From contig MU056313.1 in NCBI GenBank assembly GCA_013239625.1, forward strand, positions 384,114-448,113: a DNA stretch of 64,000 nucleotides, in the 5' to 3' direction. The notes under the pieces are model-generated. The model worked only from the letters and a program-made list of their open reading frames with translations, was not told the DNA's origin and made no database searches. How positions within the stretch are numbered: the stretch's first letter is position 1; the number at the start of each line of letters is the position of its first letter. The position numbers and the translations under genes are program-made. This DNA comes from Lama guanicoe. Lineage: Eukaryota. Below, piece by piece: positions 47,996 through 61,739 of the stretch.

Positions 47996-50299
47996 GGCGG
48001 CAGGATGTGTTTTTGATATATTGACTATTGTTTTGTTCTTTGAATTTTCTACCCCTGGACCTTTCCCATTCCTCCGTCGAGGTAGCAAGGCACCTGTTTC
48101 CCTGTCTCAGGGATCTTTGCACACTTGAGTCAAAATTTCAGGAAGACAACAGTTTTTTTCTGGGTTTTTTTTTTTCCCTGTGTGTAAAAACATAAAGACA
48201 TTGAAGAAATAGATTGTATAGAGGGGGGATGGAAGAGATTGTATTTGAATGTTAAAAAGTGTTACAAAAGAGTAGGAAAATCCCAAATACCGATGAAGAG
48301 ATGAAGGAAGTTGGTACTTTGCATACTTTTTAAGGACTTCTTCCCTCTTCCATAGCGGTGTTCAGTGATGGTGGTGAGACTTCAGTAGGGATGCCTGTTA
48401 ATGAATCTAAGGTTGCTGAATTCATGACCCCAATATTCACAGTTGTTTACAGATCTTTTCAGCCAAGGGAAATAGAGCTAAACGGCTTCCAGGGACCACT
48501 ATGGCCTTAATCAGTGAGAATGTCACTGGTGACCATAATTGGGTAGATATTAAATACATTTCTCACTCTCAGGATTACTTGAATCTCTAGGTCATTTGAA
48601 TCAGTTGTACTGATTTTTTTGTTTGTTTAGTTTACTGAAAATCATTGCTTTGGAAAAAAATAGGGAGTAAAAAAGAGAAAATTTAAGTATGGATATATAC
48701 CATACAGAAGTATACTTAAATTTTCACTTTTTTATAGAATATGTAGTCTGAGGTAGGGAGAGAGAGTTCATCTAAACCAAGAGTTTTTTTTTTTTGTGGT
48801 TATTTTTTCTAATACACACTGTCATGTTTACCATGAAATAGGAAGTGAATAATTGTAAATGAATGACTAAGGTACCTGGTTTCAAAGTTTTAAAAAAGAA
48901 GTTCTCCTTTGTATACTTGGAATAGGTTTTTTGCATGACAAGCTTGTTTTATTAGTTTTATGAGTGCAGTGAAATTTCTAAGGGTACGTACAGAATATGT
49001 GCAATTTAAATTAGTTTTAAAGAAAGTAGTTCTAAATTTCTGCCATTCTTGAACATTTAATATGTTTAAGACAGATCTTCTGATTTCAGGAATATTGAAG
49101 GAAACATAACATCAACACACTGAATCATGCTAGTGTGTAGTAAGGAGGGGAAAAAAGAGAATGGTAGATTCTCTCAGGCTGCTCTTGGTTACCAGGATAT
49201 CACTGGGGAAAATAGGAGATAGGAAACTCTATTAAATGTAGATCGTCATTCACACGTACTGCAAATATCATGGCACTCCAGGGCTTTTTTCAAGTCTGTG
49301 CGCTCAGCATTGGAGTCAGGGTAATAGTTGCTTTTTGTCAGCTGAACCCAGCAGTGTAGTGGCTTCTGGCTGAGTTCAGAATTAATTATTTATCTAGTTC
49401 AGGTCCAGAGTCACTTGGTATGGTATATTCTCATTTTGGCCCAGAGGCATAAAATCACAAAAGCAGTAAGCACAGTGTAGAAATTGGTAGAAAGCCTCAA
49501 GATGGCTCTTGGGAGAATCACTGCAAACTGTACTGAGTTCACTGTTGCTTGGCCTTGCATTTTAAGCTCTCTGGGTGCCAGAGGACTGTTAAAGCTTTGT
49601 TATGTTGACCACTAGAGGCAGTTTTGTTTTTTGTTTTTTTTTCCTAAAGGAGCCAAAGTCCATCAGTGAGTCAGAGACAGCAATCGTCTGTAATGCACAA
49701 CAACTGTGGATAGTCACATTTCCTCCTCTGTGCCCAATCGCTCTCAGAGCCATCATGGCCTCCTCCTGCTGTGTCCCTGACTCCTCAGATGTCCTATCTA
49801 TCCCTGAGGGTATGAAACCTGCAATACAACAGTTTAAAATTTCCTCTTCTCGTCTACAAGAAGCACCCGGGATTTGTGTTCACTCTCAGAGTGTTTGGCC
49901 TTGATGGCTTCCTCTTCTCCCTTTGTAAAATACAAAACACACAAGCAGCACTATACCAGGACAGTGGAACTCTAATTAATTTTTCCCCTAGAAAATAAAC
50001 TTTATGGGCTTTATGTATAGGCAGACACTCTTTAGAGATGAATTTTCCATTTGGGTTTTTGCCCAGGTTTGCTATTTTCAGTATCATAAACAAGGTCAAA
50101 TAAATCAGGGAAGGTTTTGTGAGGTATAGCCCTAAGTGGTAGAGTGAAAACCAAGGTAAATCATTATGGCGTAATAGGAGGGGGGTTTAAAAAGAGCAAA
50201 GTGACTTGACATTACTACTTAAATGGAGAGTGAGGGCGACTCTGAGTAAGGAATTTTATCTCTACTCTCCCTGGTACTTCACCGAGCCCGTTTCCACTG

Positions 50300-50780
50300 T
50301 GGTCGCCTCGGAGTTTCCAGAAATCTTTATTCATTGGATCCTTTTTTCTTCTTTACTGTTTTCTCCTACTTACTCCTTTGGAATATGACAATGTGAACAC
50401 TCTTCATCTTGAAATTCTTTTTTCTCTTGCTGTTTATTCCCTCAGTTTCTTTCAGTTCCCTTTTTCTCTGACTGCTACTTGCTATGTCTCTTCAACAGAT
50501 TTATTTTCCTCTGCCCACGTCTTAAATGATTCTCCTTTCAAGGATTGAGGGCTAGACCTTTTTTCCCCTTCTGTTTTATTGCTTTATCCAGGCACTTTTG
50601 TTCATGATCATTCTTTCATCTACTAGTTTATAATGATGAACACAAATTTATATTTAATCGGAAATTTTTTCATGTGCTCTAGAACTACATACCGAAACTA
50701 CCTTCCAGATATTTCATGTACTCTTCAGACTCAGCATTTCAAAAATTGGAATCAGCGGCTTCCTCTTTCTCATTACTGTC
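50300..50780 (+). mobile_element. L2 fragment
   Basis: gaatatgacaatgtgaacactcttcatcttgaaattctttt…tcctctgcccacgtcttaaatg…cagactcagcatttcaaaaattgg. Confidence 0.75.
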
Positions 50781-53700
50781 TTTACCTTAAAGGCGGCTTG
50801 CTGTTGTGACCCCAGGTTCCATATGTGCCCTTTCTATACCAGGAGGTATAAGGGATGGAGGCACTGTAACAGATGGGTAATGAAGTCCTCCCAAACCCCC
50901 AAATCTCTACAAACGCTTATATGTCTTTCTTGTTTTTAGGGGTTAGATGGACTTGTGTCTTATCAATTGTGGCTTCTGAGTCAAGGTACATTCTGACCAA
51001 ATGATCCTCAAACCCTTTACGATGGTGTCTGGGCCTTGAATTTCCTGTAGGTTCGTCACCTGTTCTCTCCCTCACAGATGATTCAGCAAAGTCTGCAGAC
51101 TGTCCCGCAGCAGAGGCAGATGCTTACATGTTAACATCATACAATCAGTGTAAATATGATCAACTTACTCGTGTGGAGAAGGGAGAACAGGGACAGGTCT
51201 TAGGCTGCCGTCCCGTGGCATATTGTGGGGCTGTGCAAGTAGACTTGGGGAAGCTCTTGAAAGGTTTGCTGCTGCCTCTCCCACATGAAGGCAAACTGAT
51301 CTGTGATTCAGCGGCCAGGCATCTTTATGGCTTTGATGCGTTTGTGGTCGTATCGTGTACACCGTGCAACTGACTGATGAGTGATTTTTTGTTTGTTTTG
51401 GGCTTTAACATTGATTTTAAGGCATTATTCCTTAAACTCTCATAATGCCAAAAATTTGGATGTTCTTACATGATTTCTCATGTATCTCTGTATTTATTGT
51501 TGATGTCTTTGCTTGCTCCATGTATACTTAGTTGTAGAGTGAGGACATTGGATACACCAAACTCGGTTCTTTCCCCAGATCCTCTGATGACGTTTCCAAA
51601 AGCTGCAGTCCAGGAGAGGTTTTGCAGTAGTGAATCTGAGACCAGTCCTCCCCTTCGGCTAGCTTTCACAACAGAGCAGGAGGATTGGGCAGCCAAATAA
51701 ATGAAAAATAATAGTGAATGAGAATAGCTCTCCCAACTATATGTCTTTCTTTCTGTGGTTTTGGCAAATTTGATCAATGCTAAATTTCTCTATTGTGGAA
51801 CAATGAACATACAGGCATGAATATACCTTACAAAATGATTAAAATTCATTTAAGTTAAAACACTAGACACACGTACTTTGTGTCAAAGCTGTAACAAAAT
51901 TTAAAGTTCACTTTATACTTTCTATTAAGCTTCAGATGCAGGAGCCATATAATAACACCTAGCTATCTTATATATTCCTCTTAAATGTATCAACCTGTTG
52001 GGAAGAAAAAGTGTCTGAAAAACATGTTAATTTTCTAATCTCTGGCAAGTTGTCTACCAGATGACTTTCCTGTGACAGTAAATAGGTTTTGCCTGATATG
52101 CTTATTTACATGCTATTTAATATACCTTGCATTGAAAGGAGAAAAATAGTAACTTGAATCAATGCCAGATTACATTGCCCTATGCAGATAAGAAGATAAA
52201 TTCAAAACCTCTGATACAAAATAACACTCATCTTTCACTAGTGAATGAGAGCCAGAAGATCTTCTGTTCCTTACCTTCATTTGTTGTTCAGTGAAGGGGA
52301 AATCCTGTTCTTGTTTTCTACTCCTGAAGTGAATGGAGTAACTGAATAGGGAACAGCAAATATGATAAAATTCTGGAATACACTGCACAATAGCTTTTCA
52401 CCTTTCACAAATTTGCAAATAATAAATTTATCAGAATATAAATATGGAAGATATTTTTTTCTTTTTTTGTATTACACCATTCATGTTTTTTGGAAGAATT
52501 ATTTTAGGTTTTCGATGTTTTAGAACTCATATAGCTTCTGTGGTTAAAGACCAGCATCAGAATCTTAAAATGTACATTTTTTCCATAAAAATGTCTTATT
52601 AGATACAAGATTGCTTTTATCCTCCAAAGCAAAATTATATGAGTAGACAGCTTAAGTTTTAACATAGTTTGGGGCTTTGTGGAGGTAAATTATAGATTTA
52701 AAACATTACTTGTATGAAAGTTTCAGAATTGACCGAAATATCTCTATTTGTAAAAGATAAGATTTTGATATTGTGTTTTATAAATAGCTAATATTAAATA
52801 ACTGTAACAAGCCTTACTTATAGTAAAGGAAAGGGATTCTGGATTGCTACTGCTGGAAAAAATGTCAGGGTGGACCATGTAAACACTGCCCAAAGCAGCC
52901 CCCAAATCCACCATTTTGATCTCATTATATTCAGACTCTGGATATACCGTAAAAGTCTAAACAGGTGATCCAAAATGGTTAACTAGAGGTAAGTAAGGCC
53001 AATGTAGACCATAAAACCTTTACCGCCACAGTAATTCTCTTACATCAATAGAAATATATTCTTGCAAACAAATTCATTTCTACTGTATGATACATTACAC
53101 TTTTATTTTTCTTAAGATGTGAATAATCATGGAAAGACAGATTTTAATGAAAAAAGAAAAGTGAAACTAGTTACACTCCTTCCTGAGAACCTTAGGTTTG
53201 CTGGGGTAGCACCATTCTTGTGTCTGAAAGTTTGGTATGAATATTTATAAGGCAGCATTTATTTCTCAGTTAGTCCCCACATATCTGGGGACTTCTTCAC
53301 ATCATACCTGAGACATTTCTCCAAAATCAGTTCAAATCACCAGCAATGGGATTATCTTCCTCAGTATGTCAGGTTGACATAGACAAATCACATCATCACT
53401 ACCTTTGTGACTGTTTGTGTCAGCACACAAATACAGATCAATGATTTTTCTTCACCAGAAAATTAGGCAACCTGTAAGAAATTTGGTTGGATACTGAAGA
53501 AGCCTTTCTTGAAGTTCAAATTAACTCAGTAAAATATAGCATGAGCAATTCTGAAAAATATTATTATGAGTTTATTTCAAAGAGTTGCCATTTTATCATT
53601 TTTATCTCAGTTCAGCTTGATGGAAAATAAAATTCATAGACAAATCAGGCAGAATGCAAACCACTGAAATACAATTTAATCCCCAAACTGAGGTTCATTT

Positions 53701-55504
53701 TCAGTTGGTGGCCTCATTTGAACTCTGCAATTTCCTTTTGTCACTTAATGACAGTACAGAATCCTGGCAGCCGTCTTGTATCACAATTGTAAGCTGTCAA
53801 GGTAAGTAAAAGTAGGTATGGAACCTGATAACTTTGGTCAATTACAGGAACAGTTCTCTAACTGCAATTATGTAGTGAGTGAAGGGTTCACGGTATTAAT
53901 TCAAAAGGTCCAGTCCAAATTATTAAGGCCCCTAGTCATGTGGGGGAGTTCTTATGTTATTGAGCAGGCTTTTGAGCTCATATTTATCCAAAGTGACAAT
54001 GCTTTCATCTTGAATTTTTCAAAGTGCTCTCCATTTACACAGCTGACACACCACACATACATAAGAAGATCCATCTTTATGGTCATCAGAGTAATCAGGC
54101 TTGGCTTTTTCTGCTTTGCAGTGCCATAGATCAACATTTTGCTATGTGCATTACTGACAAGAGCAGATATTAGACTGTGAAAATTAAAACTGTGTGTTAG
54201 ACCCAGAAGAAATTCAGAAAAAGCTGTCTTCCTGATGGCATTGTCTGGCATGTACAATGCTTAATGCAAAATTTCTTAAAAAGAGTATAAACATGGAATG
54301 AACATGCACAATATGGACCTTTGGCTGCCTGGAAAACTTTTGTTACTGTCCAAACTTAATAGTAGGACATATTTTTTTTCAAATATGTCCATGTATTTAT
54401 GTATATATTTAAAACACCTCCATATAGCTCTCTTAACATACAGTTACATGAACATTTTAAACCTCTGCTGATGCTTTGATCTGATAATCCACTACATGGT
54501 TCAGCTGATCAACCTGAAGTTAGTTTGAAGCTTTGCAGGGGTATTTGAAATCTGTTAGGCTCTCAGATTTGCTTGTCTTTAGTAACGCAGAACTGCTATA
54601 CAAATCATCCCCATCCACAGGTACTCCACTCCTGCTATATTACAACATTAACATCCACTCAAGTTATTTATTCATTTATTTTATAGGGAAATTTATGCTT
54701 TTACAGATTTTTGCTTCAGACTATTTAATAGAAAATACGAAAAAAAATTATAAAAATAGGTAGTAGAATCATGTGAGCTTTTCTGTATTTTGTTTCAAAA
54801 GAGAATTTTTTGTGGCTCGTATGAGGTTATAGTAGGTAGAGCATAAATGTAGGTTAATTTCATCTAGCAGTATTTTAGAAAGTATTATTTAACAAACTTT
54901 TTCCATTTTTGTATTTGTCTATAAAATCTATTTTATTTCTCCAGTGATTCCAGACAACACAGTGTATTTTTCAAATTTTTCTCTTACATGTTAAGAAATC
55001 CATGTATTTTCCTGCAGTTCATGAAGGACCCTAAATAAACAAAGTTCAAATTTCTGAAGAATAGTTATAAATAATGAAAGAAAAGAATGTTTATTTTCAT
55101 GCTATGGGAAAATCTATTGAAAGTAACCCTTTAGCTTTGTAGAACATAAAAATCAATACTTGATTATATTTTTGCCAGCAAAATGTTCTTGCAACTTTTT
55201 CACTACACAAAACTATTACTACAGTTTTTTGTTTTATTTTTTGCAAATAGTTCTTTTAGTGCTGTCCACTCAGAACTGAAAAAGTGTGCTACTCGATAGC
55301 AACTTTTCTCATTGAGTCAGTTCAAGAATTCAAAATTTATGTTTTTACACATAATAGGATTAAAATTAAGCTTAGGAGAAACATGTCGCTTCATTTTAAA
55401 ACAGTACAAACTACAAACAAAATAAGCATTGCAAATAAGAAAGGAAAATATACAAATAACTGTGGGAGGGACCTAAAAGCCCAGTGGTTCCTGTGAATAT
55501 TACA

Positions 55505-57150
55505 GTCAGTTACGTAGGCTTAACATCTAGGATTTTATCACCAGCATGAGGACGGGAGGTGAGTTTCTAATCTAGTTGTGTAGAAACCAAAGCTGAGCTC
55601 CCTACATAAAGCCAAGAGTCCCGAGGTTCTGCTTCCTCTGTGAAATGGATACTAGAAAAAGTGAGCATTAGCCCAGAGAAGTGATGTCACCAACACAAAA
55701 GTGGAATACCAAGCAGATGCCACATGATGGTATGGAGTCTAATTTCACATGACACAGATGGTAAGGGAATTCTCATGAAAAACACAAAATTAGTCTAGAT
55801 TCTTTGAAAAGCTTCTAACTCTAACAGGAACAAGTCCAACCAACCAGGATACTTCTGGTAAAAAGGGAAAACCACATACATTCTTAGATCATTGTAAAAA
55901 GTTTCAGCTAGTACCAGGAAACAAACTGCTATGAGTGAGACCTGGCTGATACAAAAACAGGAGGTTTATTCTCTAAGAATTAAATTTCTGAGACCATAAG
56001 TCAAGTGTATTTGAAATGATAAAGAGAAAGGAAAGAAGTCATTAAATAACAATGAGGCAGTTTTAAAAATAGATTTTCTAAATTAAAAAAAAAACCAGAT
56101 ATTTTAAACATTAGATTATAGAATGCTGAATAAAGCATTAGTGGGCTCAGTTAACTAGAATATGGATATGCAATCACTGCCTATAGATTAGTGAGGAAAA
56201 GAAACAGAAAATATGAAATTGAATTTGAAAAATGGAAAAGTGCAGGCAAAGCACCAGCCTTTATCTATCAAAATTTGCAGAAGCAGGGAATTGGGAAAAT
56301 GGCAAAAATGCGGTGTTCTGAGATAGTTTGTTGAAATTTTTCCTAAATTGAATAAAGACAGGAGTGCCCAGTTTGAAGATTTATACTAAGTTCCAAGCAG
56401 CCCAAATAAAAACAAATTCCCACACAGACATACTGTGGTACAGAGGCTGAGCATCAGAGACAAAGGGGCACCTCAGATCACTGGTAAAGGAACAGGCAAT
56501 AGACTTTTCTTTATAATCAGTAAAAGTCAGGTGATAGTTCAATAATTGTGAGGAAAAACAAAGACAATTTCAGGCTTAAAGAACTGAATTTACCACTCAC
56601 AAGGCTCATTTGAAAATTCTTCCAAAATACGTACTTCAGCAGTAAAACAAGAAAATAATCCAGATGAAAAAGTAGATGCAAATTAATTGTACACAAAGAG
56701 GCTAGTAAAAGCTGTTCCATCTAGGCAGATATTGATTGGAATTAAAAAGAAATTGGATGACAATTTTGGTGAATTTTTTAAAAAGATGAATGTTAAATAC
56801 TGCATTTCAAATATGTGGAAGATGGAGAGGGAGTGGAGTTACACTGTTGGGAGAGATGACAAAGATACTGAACCACTTCAGCCTTGTAAAAAGTAAGCAT
56901 GGGTGTTAAGCATTTAAATGGTAAACCTAAAAGTATACTGCTTTAATTTAAAAACAGAGAAAGCCACCATGGGAATTAAGGAAATGCAGTCTATCCAACG
57001 TTGAGTGGGCAGGAAAAGGAGGCACATAAAAGGAAAGCAAAAATATGCTTAATTAGAAACCACAAAAGTAAGTCAAAGACACTATTTCACAATGTTAGTC
57101 ATAATACACGAACCAAAAAGTTTCCTTAATTTAAGGCAGTGACTTTCTGA
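55505..57150 (+). mobile_element. HAL1/L1ME 5' UTR plus ORF1 region
   Basis: ctccctacataaagcc…gtgaaatggatactagaaaaa; ORF1 motifs tgaaattttcctaaattgaataaagac, aagttccaagcag…aaataaaaacaaattcccacacagacata, cagatcact…aaaggaaca and gaatttaccactcacaag. Confidence 0.75.
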
Positions 57151-57184
57151 ATGAATAATAACAGCCCAACAATGTGAAAATAAT

Positions 57185-57360
57185 AAGGAACCTAAAGGTC
57201 TGTCAGTAAGAGGCTGACATGGAAAATTGCAGTACATTTGTAAGACTGCATAGTATATAGTATTTATAGTGAATTAAGTGGGTCTATGTGTATCAACATA
57301 GATAAGCCTTGTACACAATGTAGAGAGAAGGAGGTAAGATGAGAAAGATATATGTGGGTT
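57185..57360 (+). mobile_element. L1ME 3' fragment
   Basis: aacctaaaggtctgtcagtaagagg…aaattgcagtacatt…tctatgtgtatcaacatagataa. Confidence 0.6.
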
Positions 57361-57384
57361 AATATCTCAGTGAATAAGTGTCAG

Positions 57385-57705
57385 GGTCCATACAGTGCCT
57401 TGCACAGCTGACATCGTATGGCCCTTGACTGTCTCTAACTCTGCAAACTTCTCTAACCACTCTCTCCTTCAGTTATCCTGACCTATTCACAACTGACCTT
57501 TTGCAGTAACTGAGACACTGTGTGTCCATCTCAGGGCCTTTCACTCTACCTGCAGTGTTCCTCCTTCAGATTTATGAACGCTTGCTTCTTAACTTCATTG
57601 ATGTCTGTCGAAAATCCGCCTTCGGGGAGGCTTTTCCTCACCACTCTGTCTAAAGTGGCATCTCCTGTTGTGCTCTATCCTTTTATCTTTCCCCATGACG
57701 TTTGA
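57385..57705 (+). mobile_element. L2a fragment
   Basis: ccatctcagggcctttcact…gcttgcttcttaacttcatt…ggaggcttttcctcaccactctgtctaaagtggc. Confidence 0.8.
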
Positions 57706-58189
57706 TTAGATACTTAATTTTTAAACATGTATTCTGAAACCATTTTACTGAAGTATGATTGACAGGAGAGAGAGTTGGGTGAAGAAAATATTTTAAAATT
57801 CTGTGCTTGTAACTTGACTAATGGTAGATACTCAAGATGGAAAACAGTGTATTTTTAAAAACAAGAAAACAAATGGACATATTTATGAGCAACAGTGCCC
57901 CCAAAATGTTGTAGCCAGTAGTTACAATTTCTTCATTGTGAATTACCGTGGGGACCGGGAGGCCCATCGCATGGCCCAGGACAGGAGCTGAGTTTGCCCA
58001 CAGCTTAATGAGTCATAGGTGCTGAAAACCAAGTGAAGTCTACTGAGATGCTTTTCTGCCAAGTCTGTCACAACACATTTGTTGATCACTTGAATGTCTT
58101 CATTTATTAATTCATTCATTTATCATTTATTTAGCTACAGAATCATTCACTAAGTAAATGGGGTAAAGAAACAGTCAGCAAGAATTGAT

Positions 58190-58455
58190 TAAATCATTCA
58201 TTCTTAGAGTGAATATCATACATAGGCCAGGCCCTGAGACTGTGACTGATTGATAAGTAATGCTCCCTTTTCTTCAAGCAGGTCACAGTCTAAAAGAGGA
58301 CTGGTCTGTAAACACATTTGGAAAACTAGGATGAGAGCTCCAGTGGATATGCTTTTGTGCAGTGCAGTGGGGCTCCAGTGGAAGGAGGGACCTACACTTT
58401 TTGTTGGGCCCAGAAAAGACTTCAAGAAGATGACATAATTATGGTATCTTTAGAG
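58190..58455 (-). mobile_element. L2 3' end
   Basis: tcattcattcttagagtgaatatcatacataggccaggccctg…ttcaagcaggtcacagtcta…cagaaaagacttcaagaagatgaca. Confidence 0.7.
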
Positions 58456-59127
58456 TGAAGAAGCATTATGGCAAAAGCTCAGAGACATAAGGTAACATTG
58501 TTGTAACTGAACAATCTAGTAACAAAATGAATTTCAGGCAGCAGGGTACAAAGTCATCAAAATGACCAGATGAATATGGTACTTTAAAATGACTTTTTAA
58601 TGAAGCTATTTTGGTCATAAATAAAATTTTCAATTTATTGTCTGCCATCTTACCTCTTATAAAAAATGTGAAGACTTTTATTTGAAATACTACCAGACTT
58701 ACAGAAGGCAGTTAAGAGGTGTTTCCATATATGTTAAGTACAGTTTTGTTCAGATAATTTTATTGCTTTTCGTGACTTTTCTCCTCTCCTGAATTCTGAT
58801 TTATTCAAAAGTAGAAATTTACAGATTAACTGTACTGATAAATGATTTTTCTCTTATTTTTCACAACAGTTTCCCCCACTGCCTGTCAGAGAAATAACAG
58901 ATAATAACTGTGAAAATATTTATTTAGTGGCTAAGAACTTAGATAAACAAAAGTTTTTCAATATTATCATGAATTTAGAGTGTAACCTTAGCCCAATTAT
59001 ACTCAGTGAAGTATATTCTCACCTCTGACAAGAGAAATAAGAACCTGAATTAAAGAGACATTATCACTGACTATAGAGCAAAGAAGGGAAAACAAATAAA
59101 AGGAACTCTTATAATCACCAATCCACA

Positions 59128-59320
59128 GAATGACCTTGGGTTTATGGCCTCACCATGCCAGACATCCCATTAACCACAGGTAAAGTCAGGAAAAATAGCC
59201 GTAACAACTCTCACCATGTATTTCATGGAGATGAAGGTAGAGTTAATGAGAAAATGTTAGTAAAACATTTTAAGCTCCTTAGTAGGAGGACACTGTATAA
59301 ATACAGAGCAATATTATTAG
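59128..59320 (+). mobile_element. Ancient CORE-SINE (MIR/MIR1_Amn-like)
   Basis: atgaccttggg…gagttaatgagaaaatgttagtaaaacattttaagctcctt…cactgtataaatacagagcaatattatta tail; subfamily uncertain. Confidence 0.5.
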
Positions 59321-60179
59321 TCATTTTAATGGGTTGGGAATTTTTACTGCTTGAGAAAGATACCCCGTTTGAATTATGCTGGTCTTGCATTGCTGTATAT
59401 GCTTTGCTTTACAACACAGCAAAGGTATTTATTTTAAACCTCTAACATTCTATTATCTCTGAGTATTGGGGATGTGGCTGTCTCAACCAGCAGCTCTGTA
59501 CTTAAGAGTTCCAAAGGGAGAGTTTGATATTGAATGGCTTTTGAATTCCATGGCTATGGGTAGCTGTGTTGAGAGACAGATTATTTATTATTGCTACATA
59601 CAAAAGAAAATCACAATGAAAAAGGCAAATGCTGAACTAGGAAATATAAACTCTTGGTTGAGTTGGTGACTGCAGAAATCCCAGGGCAAACCTTTTTATT
59701 ATAATAACTCAGCAGTCCCACTCCCCTTACTCTTTCAAGCAATAAAGGGCTAAGCGAATCATTACAGGTTCAACCAAAGAGCAAAGCTTTCGAAGATGAC
59801 AGTCCACTCTTCATCTCACATAACTGCAAAGAGTTATGTTGGAGCCCTGAACAGTAAGGCAGTGTTACAAATCTCTTAGGGAACTAGATTTTACCACTTT
59901 GTTTCAAAAAGTGAAACTTCAGGTCCAAGTTTGTGTGAATAGGTTCAAGGGGCGGGGCACACTTCACTTTTTCTCTGTCAGATGTACCAGTGTGGGTAGT
60001 GCTGCGAGAAAAAAGGTTTGTAATAAGAAAATTTCTTACTATTTTTTCACTGCAACACACAGTACTAATAGGCTTTCTACTTGGCAAATGCTGTCACTTG
60101 AATCACATTGGAAATACAGCAAGTAGTGTAAGAAATTCACCCATTTATCTTCTGTCTTTCAGGTTGTAAAGATTTTGGC

Positions 60180-60660
60180 ACTCATCCTCTTTATATGGTC
60201 ATTGATCACATTTCTGTATCACTTGGCTCATATTTTGCTTCTTATTTTCTGTTCTGTCCCCTTCCATCTTCCTTGCTAACTTACAACATCCACATTGATG
60301 CCAGCACCTTGACCTCACATAGCCTTGACCTTCCTGACTCAGGAAAACTTTCTTTTGCTTCTCTTAACTTTCTCCCATTACTGATCTCCAGACCACATTA
60401 TCTGTCAGATTACTCAGTCCCTGAAACTGTAAATCCCAGGATTCCCTTCCTGCTCTGCTTCTCCCTTGTATCAGCATCCTATCCCTTTACTTTTCTCATA
60501 AAACTATGGCTTTCCTGTGATCTTCACTCACTTGAATCTTGCCTGTTCTCATGATCTCTCCGCTCTCTCTTGACTTCAAGTCCTTTCCCGCCTGGCCTGG
60601 ATCTCACAATCAGTAAGAGTTTTCCCCCTTCAGTGCCATCCACTCCTCTGCTCCCTTGTT
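60180..60660 (+). mobile_element. L2 ORF2 endonuclease-region fragment
   Basis: ORF 60195-60554 contains LTYNIHIDASTLTSHSLDL, resembling the L2 EN motif GDFNIHVDDPSNTLASQFLDLL. Confidence 0.65.
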
Positions 60661-61094
60661 CTTCAACTGCACTGGGGTATGGGTATGTACCCTGAGAACA
60701 GCAGCCACACAGCAACCACTGGGAACGTATTTCAATATTTTAAACACATGCATGGCTGGACCAGTAGATAATGAATATCAGCCTTGTTGCGTCTTCTCCT
60801 CTGTTATACAGAAAGACCCTCCTTTCCCAGCACACACATGCACGCCACACACACTTCCATGGAAGCCTCACCTCTTTCTCTGAGGTTTTGTCAAGTGTCC
60901 GCTTCTGTCTTGTCTGGAGCCAAACTCTAATGATCTCTCTGTAAACCTCTCATATTTTCACCATCCCAAGAGTGATATCCATCTTAACTGTGTTCTCATC
61001 GACTATTTTTTCATTTGTAACCTCCCTAGAAGAGTTATTCACTTAACCTTGTATTCAATTTCAAGTCATACAGATTTGACTTCTGATGTTACTT

Positions 61095-61620
61095 GTGCGA
61101 AGAAACAGCTTTAACATGGCCATCAGTGGCCTCCCGGCTGCTACCGTCCATTTCAGGCCATCCTGACACTTTGGGAGCATTTGTCCTTGCTAACACTATT
61201 CTTTTCTTGGTGTTTTCTCTTCATTTTCTTTTTTTTTTCCATTGAAATATAGTTGATGTACAATATTATGTAAGTTATAGGTGTACTATATAGTGATTCA
61301 CAAAATTTAAAATTTATACTTTATTTATAATTATTAAAAGAGTTTTTCTATATCCCCATTGTGTATAATATCCTTATAACTTATCTTTTACATAATAGTT
61401 TGTACCTCTTTATCCTCTGTCCATATGTTGTCCCTCCCCGCTTCCCTCGCCTCCCTGGTTTTTGTGATACACTTTCTCAGACTTATTTTCTCTCAGGACA
61501 TCACATTCTGATCTCCTTCCATGGTTATCCTCTGTGCACCTGTCCCTTAAATGCGGGTCTTCCTAAGTGGTGTGTTCTCAGTCCTATTCTTTCTTGAATG
61601 TTCTAGATTCACTTCCTGGC
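61095..61620 (+). mobile_element. L2 fragment interrupted by L1
   Basis: catcagtggcctcccggctgcta…catcctgacactttgggagcatttg, then L1, then ccctggtttttgtgatacac…cccttaaatgcgggtcttcctaag…ttctcagtcct. Confidence 0.75.
61225..61450 (-). mobile_element. Cetartiodactyl-type L1 3' end, 5'-truncated
   Basis: Poly-T then attgaaatatagttgatgtacaatattatgtaagttataggtgtactatatagtgattcac…aatagtttgtacctctt. Confidence 0.88.
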
Positions 61621-61692
61621 TTAGGGTATTCCAGACTACAGTTTTGGATAGTCACCTACCCCATATTCTTACGTAAATAAGTGCACTCTTGT

Positions 61693-61717
61693 TACACACA
61701 CACACTCACACACACAT
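61693..61717. repeat. (CA)n microsatellite
   Basis: tacacacacacactcacacacacat. Confidence 0.85.
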
Positions 61718-61739
61718 CTATACAACTTGTAGCTTACAG

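Noticed and set aside
49606-49622. CTCF-like ccactagaggcag
   Set aside because: One base short of the CCACTAGRKGGC core spacing.
50122-50146. tRNA A-box / Vic-1 SINE-like ggtatagccctaagtggtagagtg
   Set aside because: No B-box, tail or TSD follows; too short to call.
54365-54390. 10-bp perfect hairpin ggacatattt/aaatatgtcc
   Set aside because: AT-rich and short; compatible with chance in 64 kb.
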